From Albugo candida (Eukaryota), in contig JBDOQK010000033.1 of the NCBI GenBank assembly GCA_040437565.1, positions 310,001 through 374,000 of the forward strand: DNA of 64,000 nucleotides, read 5' to 3'. The number at the start of each line of letters is the position of its first letter. The stretch's first letter is position 1. The position numbers and the translations under genes are program-made. Under the pieces are notes generated by a model. It was not told the DNA's origin. It saw nothing but the letters and a program-made list of their open reading frames with translations, and did not search any database. Positions 36,900-49,492 of the stretch are shown piece after piece.

Positions 36900-38400
36900 A
36901 TATCCGACGAAACTTTTCGAATTAAGCTGCAGATTCAAACGCAAGCGATTTCTAACGACTGAATTGATGAATCTGTACACATACGTGTACCCTTGCCTGG
37001 ACACTTTCGATAAACTCTACTTTCCATTTTGCTAGCTGTGATACAACGAATTGTTTGACTGCTAGATTGATGATGAATCATTCAATCAGGGTATCTGAAC
37101 GAATTCATATTCACAGCTTCCAGCATATCGCCAGCGCGTAATTGATCATAAATATGTCTGGAAAAAACTTGGAAAATATTGTGGTGTCGTTGGGCTTGGG
37201 CATCGCACATAATGGCAACCGGTGACTCCAACTGTATAACCAACTCAGTCAACTGATTCCAAAAATGGTCCTTAAACTACACTAATTTGTCACATTATCA
37301 TTGGTGCTAGCTTGACGTGAAAGCTGCATCCGTCTGCTTCTTGCGAGAACCAAATTTCTATTCCGGATGGAAATTGTCATCAAACTGGCAACAAAGGGCT
37401 TCGTTGATCGCTTGATAAAGTTGATAGGTTACGAGCAGAGCGCATCTTGATCTTCTGACAAAAGCCAAATGTATCACATACCGCTTCAGCTGCGTAATGA
37501 TGAATAACAAATAAGTGGATGGCTTGGTGGGTACTATAGGCAGTGAAATGAGGAGATTCACCATGTTGACGATACAATTTCGATGCAAAGCTTTGTTGAT
37601 TCCCTCGGGGGACTATACATTTCCTCATCCAAAATAGTCAGAATACCGCATGGTTTCGCTTGAATGAGATCTATGCGCGCGCTGTTGTCGGGAAAATTAA
37701 TAAAGCTCCATTCAATCGCTTCACAACAACACATTTCTTGTGCAATAAGGTAACGATTCGTGTAAAGTGTTGCTAAGTCTCTCGTTGGCATAATTGATAC
37801 AAAGCTGCTCGACAGAATAATGGCTCCAATCCTCGAACCCAGAAATATCTAGCAAGCCGAAAATGAGCTTCTCCGTCTCATCTTCAAACGTGACTCGTCG
37901 AATGTTGCGATGCATGAGTCAGTTGAACAGCTGACCGTATGTATATCGTGCCATCGCGTCCCGTGTCTTCCACACGCTGGCTTAACACATGTGTCTCATA
38001 TTTTGGTCACATAATTGGATCCATTGTTGACGATTTCGTGTTCGCATGAACATGGATCCTTTCATTCGAAACTGCACAATTGCAACTTCATTGATCATCT
38101 GATTCCCCAAAGGCGATAGCATGGCCAATGCCCGGAATTGGCATTAATTAAAAGCCATCACTTCCATAGCTACTTTCAAATTATCAAAAAGCGTTCGATC
38201 ATCAATCGATCCTTCGTATGGAAGCAAGTAATATAGGGAATATAATTCAATCGATTTGGATGAAAGAAACTAACGCTTCTTAACTTCGGCATTGGCTCGA
38301 GGCAGCAATTCAGGTGCAATAATTGCCTTCCGTTTTCGCTTAATATGCTAGACGAACATTTTTTGGCCAGCGGGAGAGAATAGGTAGATGGTTATAGCGC
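36900..38400 (-). pseudogene. Myosin motor-domain pseudogene 2
   Basis: FGLLDISGFE...SVEQLCINYANERL (switch II/relay), IEWSFINFPDNSARIDLI...GILTILDEE, FVIHHYAA; many frameshifts. Confidence 0.92.
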
Positions 38401-38499
38401 ATTTGTACGTCTGCAATAACGATGCCAAGTACCCAGATGATGTGTCCGAGTACCGTAGTGTAGTACGCAAAGAACAAACGTACCTGAACATCTGTCTAC

Positions 38500-39960
38500 C
38501 TTAAGGCTATAAAAGTACAATTATTCCCATTATAACGTCATGGAACGGGTTATCAGATTTCGTGAACTCTACTGTCCACGAGACATAGCTCCAGGCCGCT
38601 TTTTGTAAAACTCCGATATCGACGTTGATTCGCGTGGGTTTGGCTAGATGCGAGCTATCCAATCCAAGTGCTTCAGCATGACTGTTATGTGGCGCTATCA
38701 CCGGGGAACCGAAGCTGGTGGATGTTGTTTTTACAAGGGCGCACTTCAAGTGGACTCTACGATAAGCTTGAAACTTACGCTTGGTCACATCGACTGCATA
38801 CTTCGCAATTATTTTAAGAAAGGATTTTGTAGGGAATTCCAGGCTCTCTTCTCATGTTAAAAGTTCTCAAAGGTTTTCGATGCAGATGGTGCGAATAAGT
38901 CATAAAGCTGCCAGAAGAATCCTTGCTGTAGTCCGTCTGGAAGTTTCACAAGCGACGTCAAAACAAGTGATGGTGGTCCTACGTTGATGTATCGATTACA
39001 GCGAAACGATAAAATTATACAATTTCGACATTGTGTGGAATCATTTACAAATTGTCAAGATTCGACATTCTGCAGAGAGCTTATTCTGATGAGTTTGTGT
39101 TGCGAAATTTTAATGGACACTGTATCAAGCCGCGTATGACTAGTACAAGTGAACCAAAGCTGTTCAAGTAAACGATCACAAAACGTATACAAATGCACAA
39201 GTGGGTCTAGTATCTGTGCATAATGGAAGCTTATGGTACAATTTACATCCGCGACAACAAAGGCGTCATGTATGTTCAATTCATTTTCTGATGACTGGGC
39301 TCCATCCCAGAAGACCTTTTAGCTTTGATTGAGGTCTTACAACAACCGATTCAGCTCGCCTCATTCCAGGGAACTTGACATGTTTTCCGTCAGCCAAAGA
39401 AAGATGTTGTAATAAATTGGTGCCCAGCCAAGTACACGTTTGGCGAACATCGAACATGCATTTATTAGATGACACGCGAACTGTGCGTGCAAGCACGCTA
39501 CGACAGATGGAAGATGTACAGGAACAAGGCGTAAATCGGGATCACTTCTTGTGCCTCTGAAGCTGACAGAAGCTTACTGAAATTACCTCTCGAGAACCCC
39601 GTCTCCAAACTTGGTGATCATACAGCTGATCTCTAATCCATGGTGCGCTTTGTTGACAGGCTCCATCGAGAAGAACTGATTCCTCGGTCTAACTACTTGG
39701 CAAAGCGTTCCTTTACGTACGGATCAAACTAGTTACTGCGAACAAATGGCAACGCAAACATCAGCGGATAGCACGATTGCACAGTGCGTTTGAGTCGCCA
39801 AGCCATAGACACTGATGTACTTTTTCATGCAATCACTCTTGAACAGCAGGGATCTGAAACGTATAGGATGGTGCCACGTAAGATTCCGCGTGAAGTTAAA
39901 AGTACGGTTCTGAATACCCGCAGGAGAAAAATTGATATGTATTGAGTGATTATGATGTCT
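38500..39960 (+). pseudogene. Possible decayed dynein heavy chain (post-AAA4/stalk) remnant
   Basis: Weak: LVTSTAYFAII resembles YVTPTSYLELI, and DWAPSQK resembles the stalk DW..AKK motif. Confidence 0.3.
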
Positions 39961-40055
39961 TAGAATCAAAGAACCTCGTAATTGTCCTTTTGATGCACGC
40001 AGAACGGATTTCCGGGCGTTGAGGAATCACATACCCAATTAACTCATCTTTGTGC

Positions 40056-41174
40056 TCAGCTCTCCCACGCTCCACTCATCTGCTTCTCTTTCCTTTTTTT
40101 TTCTTCTTCGGTACTCTCCTTTGGCAAGATAAATTTATATCTGCGTCGGCCAGCGCTATTATCGATGATGATGGTATAACCCTTGAAAAGGCTGTAAGGC
40201 AGCCCCCATTCATTTCTCTGTCGGCGAATATACGAACGAACGTCTTTTCCATCTTCAGAACACATTGGGACGGCGATGTGTACTGGTGGCTTGCTTGAAA
40301 TTGTCATCGTCAGTACGTCTACATGAGTAACGTCCTTAGTTAAATAATTTAAGCATCCCGTACGTTTGCAGAGGTCACCTTCTTTTGAAACTTGAGTATC
40401 CTTGAGACACTCTTCCGGAATTCCGAGCGTATCAGCAAAGGTAAAATCTTGATCGGAGTATTGTTTATCTTTGAATGCAACATTGGCAAGCTTAGTTTCC
40501 AAATAGTATATGAAGCCAGATTCGACGTGACCGGAGGTTTTCTGAGCACCTGACTTATCTCCTACGTAAATCGTTTCACTCTCATCCGTTATTTCATAGA
40601 AGTAGATCTCTGGTGGAGCATTGCTGAGGAAAGTTTCGAGATCGAGTAGTGCGACGGTTCCATCCTTTGTTTCTCGCATGCCGTTGAGCCACGCGGGCGG
40701 GAAAAACACTTGTTTATCACTCAGAATATCTTCGAAGAAGCCCGTAACTCTCCAACACGGACCAAATCCACCATTCGGAACCGTTTTTTTTAATTCTTTC
40801 CATTGAGGAGCTGTAGGCCGGTTACTTGGATCATAGAGATGTGATTTTATATCGTCAGGGGTGGCTATTACAGTTACTTTTATCTGTATGGCTTCACCTT
40901 TGAGATCATTATGTTGCACAATTACTTTCTTTCCAGGCCAGCACTTTTCCAAAGCACCCTCAGGGTTAAAATCACCACTACGATAGAAAGTCATCACATG
41001 ATACATTAAATCTTCATGTTCATCATGTACGTTCGCGATTTCTACAGCCATCCCTACTCGAAAGCTTGCGGGACCTTCGGGTTTGATCAATTTGATGTAA
41101 TAACCGCTCACGAAATGATGATACGCTACCGAAACTCCAAGCAGGGCTATATAATACGCCTTTAATCGATACAT
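40056..41174 (-). CDS. Unknown secreted protein / candidate effector, 372 aa
   Basis: Intact intronless ORF. Signal-peptide-like MYRLKAYYIALLGVSVAYHHFVSG; basic C-terminal RRRYK...KKRKEK; no family recognised. Confidence 0.8.
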   Translation of the reverse strand: MYRLKAYYIALLGVSVAYHHFVSGYYIKLIKPEGPASFRVGMAVEIANVHDEHEDLMYHVMTFYRSGDFNPEGALEKCWPGKKVIVQHNDLKGEAIQIKVTVIATPDDIKSHLYDPSNRPTAPQWKELKKTVPNGGFGPCWRVTGFFEDILSDKQVFFPPAWLNGMRETKDGTVALLDLETFLSNAPPEIYFYEITDESETIYVGDKSGAQKTSGHVESGFIYYLETKLANVAFKDKQYSDQDFTFADTLGIPEECLKDTQVSKEGDLCKRTGCLNYLTKDVTHVDVLTMTISSKPPVHIAVPMCSEDGKDVRSYIRRQRNEWGLPYSLFKGYTIIIDNSAGRRRYKFILPKESTEEEKKRKEKQMSGAWES

Positions 41175-41469
41175 CTTGACTGTGTCGAATGTCCGTCGAG
41201 TATTTGATTATGGGTAAGAGTTTCCGGGTGATACAATATGGAAGCTTTTTTATTCCCGCCGTCCAGTTGTAAATTCCTACAGCTGGTAACAACGTTTTTC
41301 CGAAGCATCGCTTTGCGAGCATGGAAGCAAACTTACAAAAGGCAGGTTAGGCACATAGGTGTACAGTGCTGTAATCGTGTTTTTTGCCCGCAAATGGACA
41401 GCTTTAGTGTAATTGAATGCGTATCTTCCAGAAGTCAAAGAAAAAACATACCCTATTTGAAAATATGGA

Positions 41470-41726
41470 AAGAAACTTACAACGTTTTACACCTGGGAGG
41501 CAACGTAATCATTCCTTACTCAACGATTACCTACTTTCTAAATAAAATATACAAGCGCAACAATTATTACAGTAAGATTGCGCACCTGGTACGCAAAGGT
41601 GCACGGTATACCAGTCGTGCTCGGCTTCCTACAAATAGACAACTTTGATTTGATAAAATGCGTATCTGGCGAAAATAGAACAAGAAGCTTACAACATTTT
41701 AAAGCTGGGAGGTAATGTAATCATTC
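41470..41726. repeat. Diverged ~45-bp direct repeat upstream of the 372-aa gene
   Basis: AAGAAACTTACAACGTTTTACACCTGGGAGGCAACGTAATCATTC (41470) vs AAGAAGCTTACAACATTTTAAAGCTGGGAGGTAATGTAATCATTC (41682). Confidence 0.75.
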
Positions 41727-41756
41727 GCCTCACCTAGCCATCATGTACTGTACATA

Positions 41757-42196
41757 AAAATTCCCTCAGTTTGATATGATTGGCTATGTTCGAGACGTTT
41801 CAATATGATTGGCTAAGACCGAGACTGAGAATTCAACCATATCGACTGCGAAAGAGGCTATCATTCTCACCCGGAAACATCTTTAAAGACCAGGTTTATA
41901 GACCATGAGTTTCTTATGTCATGAATGACCCCTACACAGTTAAATATTAGGTCACAGTTTACAGAATAGAATAGTTTTGTGTTATTAACAAACCGTGAAC
42001 TACGAAATATTCCAACAACACTGAGCTAGACGAACAAACTCGAACGCTAACTGAACACAAAATTGAGCGCAAAATAGTTCACGTCGAAAAGTAGCGGGCA
42101 GTGCAATCATTTTGTCCCTTAACTAGGCGTACGTTAGCACTATCCAAGCATGAAATTAGCCAATCATATCAAACTGAGGGGGTTTTACCGGTTCCC
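41757..42196. mobile_element. ~440-bp MITE with a perfect 24-bp inverted repeat
   Basis: CCCTCAGTTTGATATGATTGGCTA (41763-41786) / TAGCCAATCATATCAAACTGAGGG (42157-42180). The right end continues GGTTTTACCGGTTCCC. Second copy at 34363. Confidence 0.9.
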
Positions 42197-42321
42197 TTTT
42201 TTATATTATTTATGAAAATAANNNNNNNNNNNNNNNNNNNNNNNNNNNNNNNNNNNNNNNNNNNNNNNNNNNNNNNNNNNNNNNNNNNNNNNNNNNNNNN
42301 NNNNNNNNNNNNNNNNNNNNN

Positions 42322-42726
42322 ACTTGAAAGCACTGGAAAGCCGCTATTTAAATTGTTCGCCAGCCCAACAGTCAATCATTCATGCTAAAATTTCGAAATT
42401 GGTAAGTGGGAATTTTTCGATCCTTGCTGAACCTTCTGTCTTGGAGGCGAAAGGACGTCCACTTGGGGCCCAGAATAAGGTTCTCAATTCATCAACAAGC
42501 GCGAACCGTCAGCATTTGAGCATGCAATGAAGCCTAAGCGGCGATGTAAAAAATGTAACAGGGAGGGACATAACTGAATTTGCATATACTAATTTTGCCC
42601 AATCATATAATAAAAAGGTAGGTGGAATAGTAGAAATTGGTGTGGCAATAACGTCGTAATTTGATTGGTCAAAAATTACATTGGTGGGTGGAAATAGCAA
42701 AAAGCTGGGTGGAAATAGCAATTCCC
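42322..42726 (+). mobile_element. MULE transposase C-terminus and right terminus
   Basis: EPSVLEAKGRPLGAQNK, then after a frameshift KREPSAFEH and KRRCKKCNREGHN; ends GGTGGAAATAGCAATTCCC. Confidence 0.8.
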
Positions 42727-44779
42727 AAATGGAAAGTGCATTGTTTAGGTTTTAGATTGCTAAGTACAGTAATTGTTACATATGAATCTCCAGCAAGCCT
42801 TTAGTGTTTCGATCTACACCATCATCAAAATGTCAGACAGCGGAGTAAATAGGTCTTAGACACTTTGATTCACTAGTAAGAGCAAAAGCTAACCAACTTG
42901 TGTAATCTCGGAACTTCTTGTCAGACCTAGGCATCGCTGTGGTCTTCCCTTCCACATAGAGACAGTGAAGTATCTGTGTGATCCTTCGGATGTGTCGTTA
43001 TGTGTTGAAAAACAGATTTATAAAATAAAATAAGACTGCAAAACCTAATTTCTTTATCAACTTTATTTTGATTCTAGCCTAATATGATTACAGCTCTCAA
43101 AATATAGGAACCGATCTTGTCTAGTCACGCAGAATTCTGGATAGATCAGAAACTGCCACCGAGTTATCTTGCGAATGTTTTGTGGCTCATTCCTCGGGGG
43201 TATGGGTTAATCTTCGGCGTTGCGATTTCCTGCTTCGACAAAACCTTGAATCGTAAAAACGGTCCTATCCGTGACGTTTCCCACGAATGCTTTACGTCAG
43301 GATCTGAACAATACAAGATGGAATAATAGAGAACGACAATTCAATATATGTTGTGACATACCTTGCTCTAAATAACGCTGTTCTTGACATTATAAATAGT
43401 TTCGCACTCGTTCCTAGATGGCTGATGGATGTGATACCGCAGCCTTTGAGATGAGTTCATGCGTCTGCTGTCCGCCATCCTTCGGTACCACATCACTCGC
43501 ACTGCAACTCCACAGTATTTCACTGTAAGAAATTATACAAGGTGAATATGCACAAAAACTAAGTGAAGTATATGTTTACCTCTTTTTTTGTTCTGGCGAT
43601 ATTCCAATGCCTCAGTGCTGACTGGGGAAACCTGAGAGCCCCAAATGAGCGCATGTGTCTACTATCTGAGACTCTCATGCACCGGTCAGCTTTTGAAATG
43701 GTAAAGGTATAGCAACTCTCGGAGATCCGTTATAGAAAGTTACAATTACCAGCTGTTAACGAGCTTCACACTCACATCAGTCAACATTCCATAGTTTGTA
43801 ATATTATTGAATTTTTCTATATTTCTACCATATCTTAAACATAGAAAAGCTGAGAGGGTTTTCTTTTATTTCTTATGTTCTTTCTTGATCTAATCATATG
43901 CTTGTAGCTTATAAATGAACCTCACAAACAACATACACTGTCTATGACTGTTTTTCTCTATAGTGACCACGAGTGTAGAAAACGTCCCTTTGCAACAGAC
44001 TGTTCGGGTGTCCCCCCATGGGGAAGGTACGTACGGTTTGGAATTTAGCCAATAAGTGACCATAGAACGCAAACTTTATACAAGCGGGCATATGACAGGT
44101 CAGTACAACTAAACATTGTGACGTGTCTCAAAAGTGCTCAGCTGAAACAGTATTCATATGCCAGTTTCGTGATATAATCATGTAAAAGCGACTGCGTTAG
44201 CATCTTAGAAATGTTTATTCAATTATCACACTGTGTCACTTCATTAAAGTGTAATCTATATAATATAGTACTTCATAAGTGTAACAGGGTTACACGTCGG
44301 TTAGTAACCGTTATGCAGTGTGCTACAAATTTGGGACGCTTTGGGTTATTGGCTTTGGGAGCTGACGCGTGTCAGCCACCGGACATTAGTACCTAGGTTA
44401 GGTACGTTTAGCGTAAGGTACCTTTAAAAAAATAAAAATAAAGAACAGTTCCCCTTTTGATCAGTTAAAGACACGTGCCTGCTTCAGGCGTCTCAGATCT
44501 TGTGCACTTTGTGCTGTGTTATCGATTCCCTGAATCATTAGGTCTCTTGAACAAGGACCTTGAGCTTTAAAGCTTGTTGACTCATTGAGTCTAGTTCTTT
44601 TAAGGAACTAAGTTGCTCGTTGAGCAGATAGCCTTCCTCTGGCAAGGAGCTAAAGTAGCTCCGCTACAATTGGGTTTGGTGTATGCGAAGTAAGTCGGCT
44701 GGTAAAGTGTATTTCTCTATAATATAGTGTATTTGAAAATCATAAGGTTTATGTGTATGCAGTAGTTCACTTTAAGCTG

Positions 44780-46564
44780 TATAAGAAACGGTTACCTCTC
44801 GGATAATCCTTCCGCATTAAGCGGAAATGTGTTTTTGCCGGTCTAAACGATTGTACCAAATGCCTCCCCAATCTCGTCTTCAGGTTAAATCCATCCGCAC
44901 ATTACAGAAATTCTGTCGCGTTTGCATCGCTTGTCGGCGAGTACAGCGTCTTCAAGCAGCTGTATGGAATGCTGCAGCTGGACAAATACACAAAGATGTT
45001 GGCGGAAATACGCTGCTAAACGTCGTGCGGCAGCCTATCAGCAAAGTTTCATCGTCATTCGAGCTCACTGTTGAGTTTTTCACACGCGAAAACTCCAAAA
45101 AAGCGACCACAAATTCTTTATCAGAAATTTGCTTTGAAGATTCCGCGTTTTTATGTATAGAGAGTGGCATTCACGAATGTTTCCACGCTCAACGATTCTC
45201 TGCGGCTCGACTCATCCAATTTTGATAGATCTCTAAACTCTGCACAAAGGGATACCGTCATCGTCGCATAATGGCAACAAGTCGAGTCGGTTCCGAGCCA
45301 CACAATGAAGTCCTCCTTCACGAAATCGCCCGATTGAAAAATCTCTGGATACAAGACGCAACTAAAGCTTTGACGCACGAAAGCAAAAAGCTGGATCCTT
45401 CTTACAAGATCAGTCAGACTCAAGCAGCAGAGCTTTGAATCCCACGATCTATGNNNNNNNNNNNNNNNNNNNNNNNNNNNNNNNNNNNNNNNNNNNNNNN
45501 NNNNNNNNNNNNNNNNNNNNNNNNNNNNNNNNNNNNNNNNNNNNNNNNNNNNNAAGCTGGATCCTTCTTACAAGATCAGTCAGACTCAAGCAGCAGAGCT
45601 TTGAATCCCACGATCTATGTGAGAGCGAACGAGAGCAATCGCAGCAAGATTAGAACCCATCCAACGGATGACCAGGATGGCATTCAGCTTCCCAGTCGTA
45701 AAATTGACGATTTGACATTGAAATGCGATTTTTTGAGATTTACTGTCGAAGAACGGACACGAGACAAACTTGGGTGGAAATCATCGAAACTTATTCGACA
45801 CTGAACGAAAATTCACGCAGTTTGATGACGTTCATGTACCTCCAGAGAGAACCTCAGAGATCTTGTAGGAAATGCATATATAATGAAAGTCATCCTGCAA
45901 TCGTTAAACAATCGACCTTATCGAGATCGAGAACGTTTAATCGATTCGGTGTCGAGATCTCGACCTATTCGAACGTATTCGGTGTCGACGTTCATATCAT
46001 TTAGTCAGGATCCTTGCACCGAGCTGGAAGTAGAGCGTGAAGAAACTGACAAAAAACAAAACCGAGAAGAGTAACGATGGGGACACGACCCAGCACGCTA
46101 ATGCATAATCGTTAGACGAAGCAAATGTCCGTTCATCTGATTGTGATACAAATTCCCCCGTGCGTTTGAGCGAAATCACAAGCTACAATTGAGCTGTTGA
46201 TACAATGAGTAGCAGTTGATCTCCATCGTCCCCGAAACCTCGCGACACTTTCGAATATCAAAGTAGGCACTCAGTTCGAAATGTTACGAATATCACCAAG
46301 CATTCAATCTGTTTGTTGGGCGTCATCATTGCCGGCTCTGTGAGGACTCATTCTGCCACGGTACATGCTCCTTCTTTTACTACTTTCCGCTCGTTCATTC
46401 CTTCTGTAGAGCAATCCAGTCGACGTGTCCCGCTGATCGCTACAATGTATGACAATGATCCAGTTCGAGTATGTGACAAGTGCTATGCCGAATACCAAAT
46501 TTTTCGCATGCAGCAAATGTCAGCTGGAATGAGTCACACTCGCTCCTTTATGCGGCAGACGTAA
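44780..46564 (+). pseudogene. IQ-motif plus FYVE-domain pseudogene (probably a FYVE-tailed myosin)
   Basis: IQ-like IRTLQKFCRVCIACRR and AAGQIHKDV. FYVE parts: RWGHD (46076), GRHHCRLCEDSFCH (46318), PVRVCDKCY. Confidence 0.7.
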
Positions 46565-46999
46565 CCTCTACATGTCATACCACAATCGTGAAACAGTACG
46601 CTGAAAGCCGCGACTGCGATCTTTCCACAAAGTGATCAAAATCACAGCCCGCGTGTCACCAATCCCTGCATCAGCTTGGGTCAATTGTGTCGTCACAACG
46701 CCTTTTACACACGAGCGAGGATATAACTCCCTCAAATATGTTTGGTTCCGTTACAGCTTGCAGCAAAGCTTTTGTCGCCACATCATCGACGACCGGCCTT
46801 CATTCGGAAAGAGATGAGATTGAAGGCAAGATGTATGATTTGGACCAAATGACCATACATCGACGCATCCAATGATGATCTGGAGGATAAAACGACCCAC
46901 AAGGCAACGATGCAGGAATCATCAACTCACTCAAGCTCACGTAAAGATGCACCAGGTTTGAGGCTCTGCACACCCGAATAGATATATTCTCAACTAGTT

Positions 47000-49492
47000 G
47001 GTCGGAACCATCCTTTCGAGTCTCCTTTTGGGCTGATGCTAATCTGTTATGAGGACTATATGGCAAGCAGAAGATCTCTTGAATGTATCGAACGCCGTAT
47101 TTATCAACGAGTCTTGCCATTTTACGTCAACACGCATACGACTACTTCCATCACGGTACTACAAAGAACATGCTACCGTCATGAAGAGCGTCAAATCATT
47201 GCTGAAGCCGTCACACATACAGAATGTGTCTTACTTGCTGGTCAGTGTACCATTGCAGCGGACAATAAACTTGTCAATCTTCTCGGGTTAGAATCGTGTT
47301 CGTCTATATCGCCCGTGGCGACAAGACCTGTCATACTTGTGGGGCCTTTCGAGCACCATTCCAACCTTCTTCCGTGGCGAGAGAGTTTAGCAGATGTTGT
47401 GACAATCAACGAAAACAAAATGGACTCATCGCTCTAGAGGACTCGGAGAAAGAACTGACTGAGTACCCTTCACGATCCTTACGTATTAGTGCCTTTTCTC
47501 TTCCTTCAATGTAACTGGCCTTTTGGTGTGGATGCAGTCACAGTGATATTGCATCGATATGGAGCAATAGCTACATGTAATTACGTATCGGCAGCTCCAT
47601 ATATTCCGATCAATGCAAACCCTGTCAAAATGCTCCAATGTAGAAGACCGACCGTATTTGTATGAGGAAGTGATATTTTTGCCGGGAATAAATTTGTTGG
47701 TGGACCAGGATTACCTGGCGTGTATGTGGAAAAAAAGAGACTTGTCCAGAGCACGATTCCCTCTGCACCAGATGGTGGGACTATATATTTCTTGAGATAA
47801 TCAGATAATCGGTATCCATCGAGTTGAGAAGAGAGAGAAGAAAGAAGAAGTCCAGACTTACTGGGAAGCACTCGCCTTGGTCTTGCATTCGAGATCAAAC
47901 ACCGCATCGGAACCCAGCGAATTGCTGAACCTGAGTAAAAGCATGTGCTTGAGGTCACAGATCTTTAGAAAGCAATGAGAACATTGTCGTACTGGACCTT
48001 CAACTGGTGTTCGTCAACTTCCCATCATACGTTTCTTATCCGCTTTCATGAACATTTCTCCATTACAACTTCGTTTGTGCGCTTTTGAACGATCTATATG
48101 GCATCCAATCTCGTAGTGGATGTGCTTGTGACGGTCGTTACAGCATGCGCGTGGTTGGGAACTGCAAAGAACGATATCTTTGCAGTAGAGCAGGCTTTGA
48201 TTTCTTACAAAGAAGTTCTTCGAACAGGGTTTACTCGACTTAAGATTCCATATTTCATGCAAGATGCAGAAGTTGATTTATCCTCAATGTGATACTTTTT
48301 ATTGCAAATCACGGCTGGAAGTTCTTGGTTCATTATCGCTCCAACCATGAGAGCGTAGAATAGAAGCATGTGTTTCGCTTCACAAAACACCGATCGATAA
48401 AGGCTTTCTCATTTCTTTTCTGATGCAGCTCTATCGAACATGAGTACAGACGTGGAAGACGATATTGATATAACCTCCGAGTTTGGGACGTCTATATAGT
48501 GGATGATTGCACTCGGTTGGCGAGACAGTCTCCGATTACTCCATCGGCAGCTTAAATGCTGGAAGATCATACGAGAATTTGCGATGGTTTGTATATCCTT
48601 TCGAAGTCGTTTGCCTTTTGCAGGGAGACTTTTGTGAGATTCGAACTTTGAAAGCTACCATAGGGCCTATTCAACTAAATCGTTATAGGGTGAGATACTT
48701 GCATAAGCAGTTGGAGTCAGACGACTTGGAGAAGCCGGAACAAGACCACGGCACTGTATCAAAGTCCTTTGTACCTGAAATCTCGATTTGAAAAACTGAT
48801 GGGATGAAGATTGATACAGAGCGATTTCAAGGTGGGAAGTATCCGCTACGTCTTCGTAATGATGCTAAAAACAACCAGATGGCTTTTTTGCGAGTCAATG
48901 AGACGATCGTAGCGATTACCAAGACAATGAGCGCTGTTACAATGTTAATACTTCATTCTGTGTGCGAGGCAATTATCCAGTGGAAGATGATTCAAAATGG
49001 AGATCGTCTGCTGCTTGATGTATCTGGAGGAAAAGCTTCTCTCAGCCTTTTTCATATTCCCCTGCATCTACAAAAGCGTGCTCCAGTGAAATCTGATCTC
49101 GCATGTGCCACAGTGGATCCACAGACAGCGTCATACGATCCAAGCCCAATGAAGAATTACATGAAGGACTTGGGTGTGGAGTATCATTACTTGTCAGAAA
49201 ACATTATTTCGCACGCGAGCTGTGAGCTGAATGGTACTTCCATCTGCATCTACTGCTCACGGATGAAGCGAGGTCTATTATATCAGTGAGCATTTAGACG
49301 ATATTGCTTAGAGTTTTTCCAAAAGAACGGGCAAGAGTGAAGAAATTACTGGCGCAAGAAGAAATTGTACTTCCACAGATGTTTCATTGCATCCGGAAAG
49401 GACTTGTCTCGCTATTGTATGACCATGTGTACGGATATCTCAATCTCGCAAGATTGGATCCTAAGTACAGTAAAAGAATCGTCTTTTTGTGA
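47000..49492 (+). pseudogene. Class-V aminotransferase/cysteine-desulfurase-like plus TtcA-like (PP-loop tRNA thiolase) fusion pseudogene
   Basis: YEDYMASRRSLECIE...LPFYVNTHTTTSIT, VGPFEHHSNLLPWRE, NKFVGGPGLPGV; then MIQNGDRLLLDVSGGKASLSL (cf. SGGKDS) and ICIYCSRMKRGLLY. Multiple stops and frameshifts. Confidence 0.88.
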
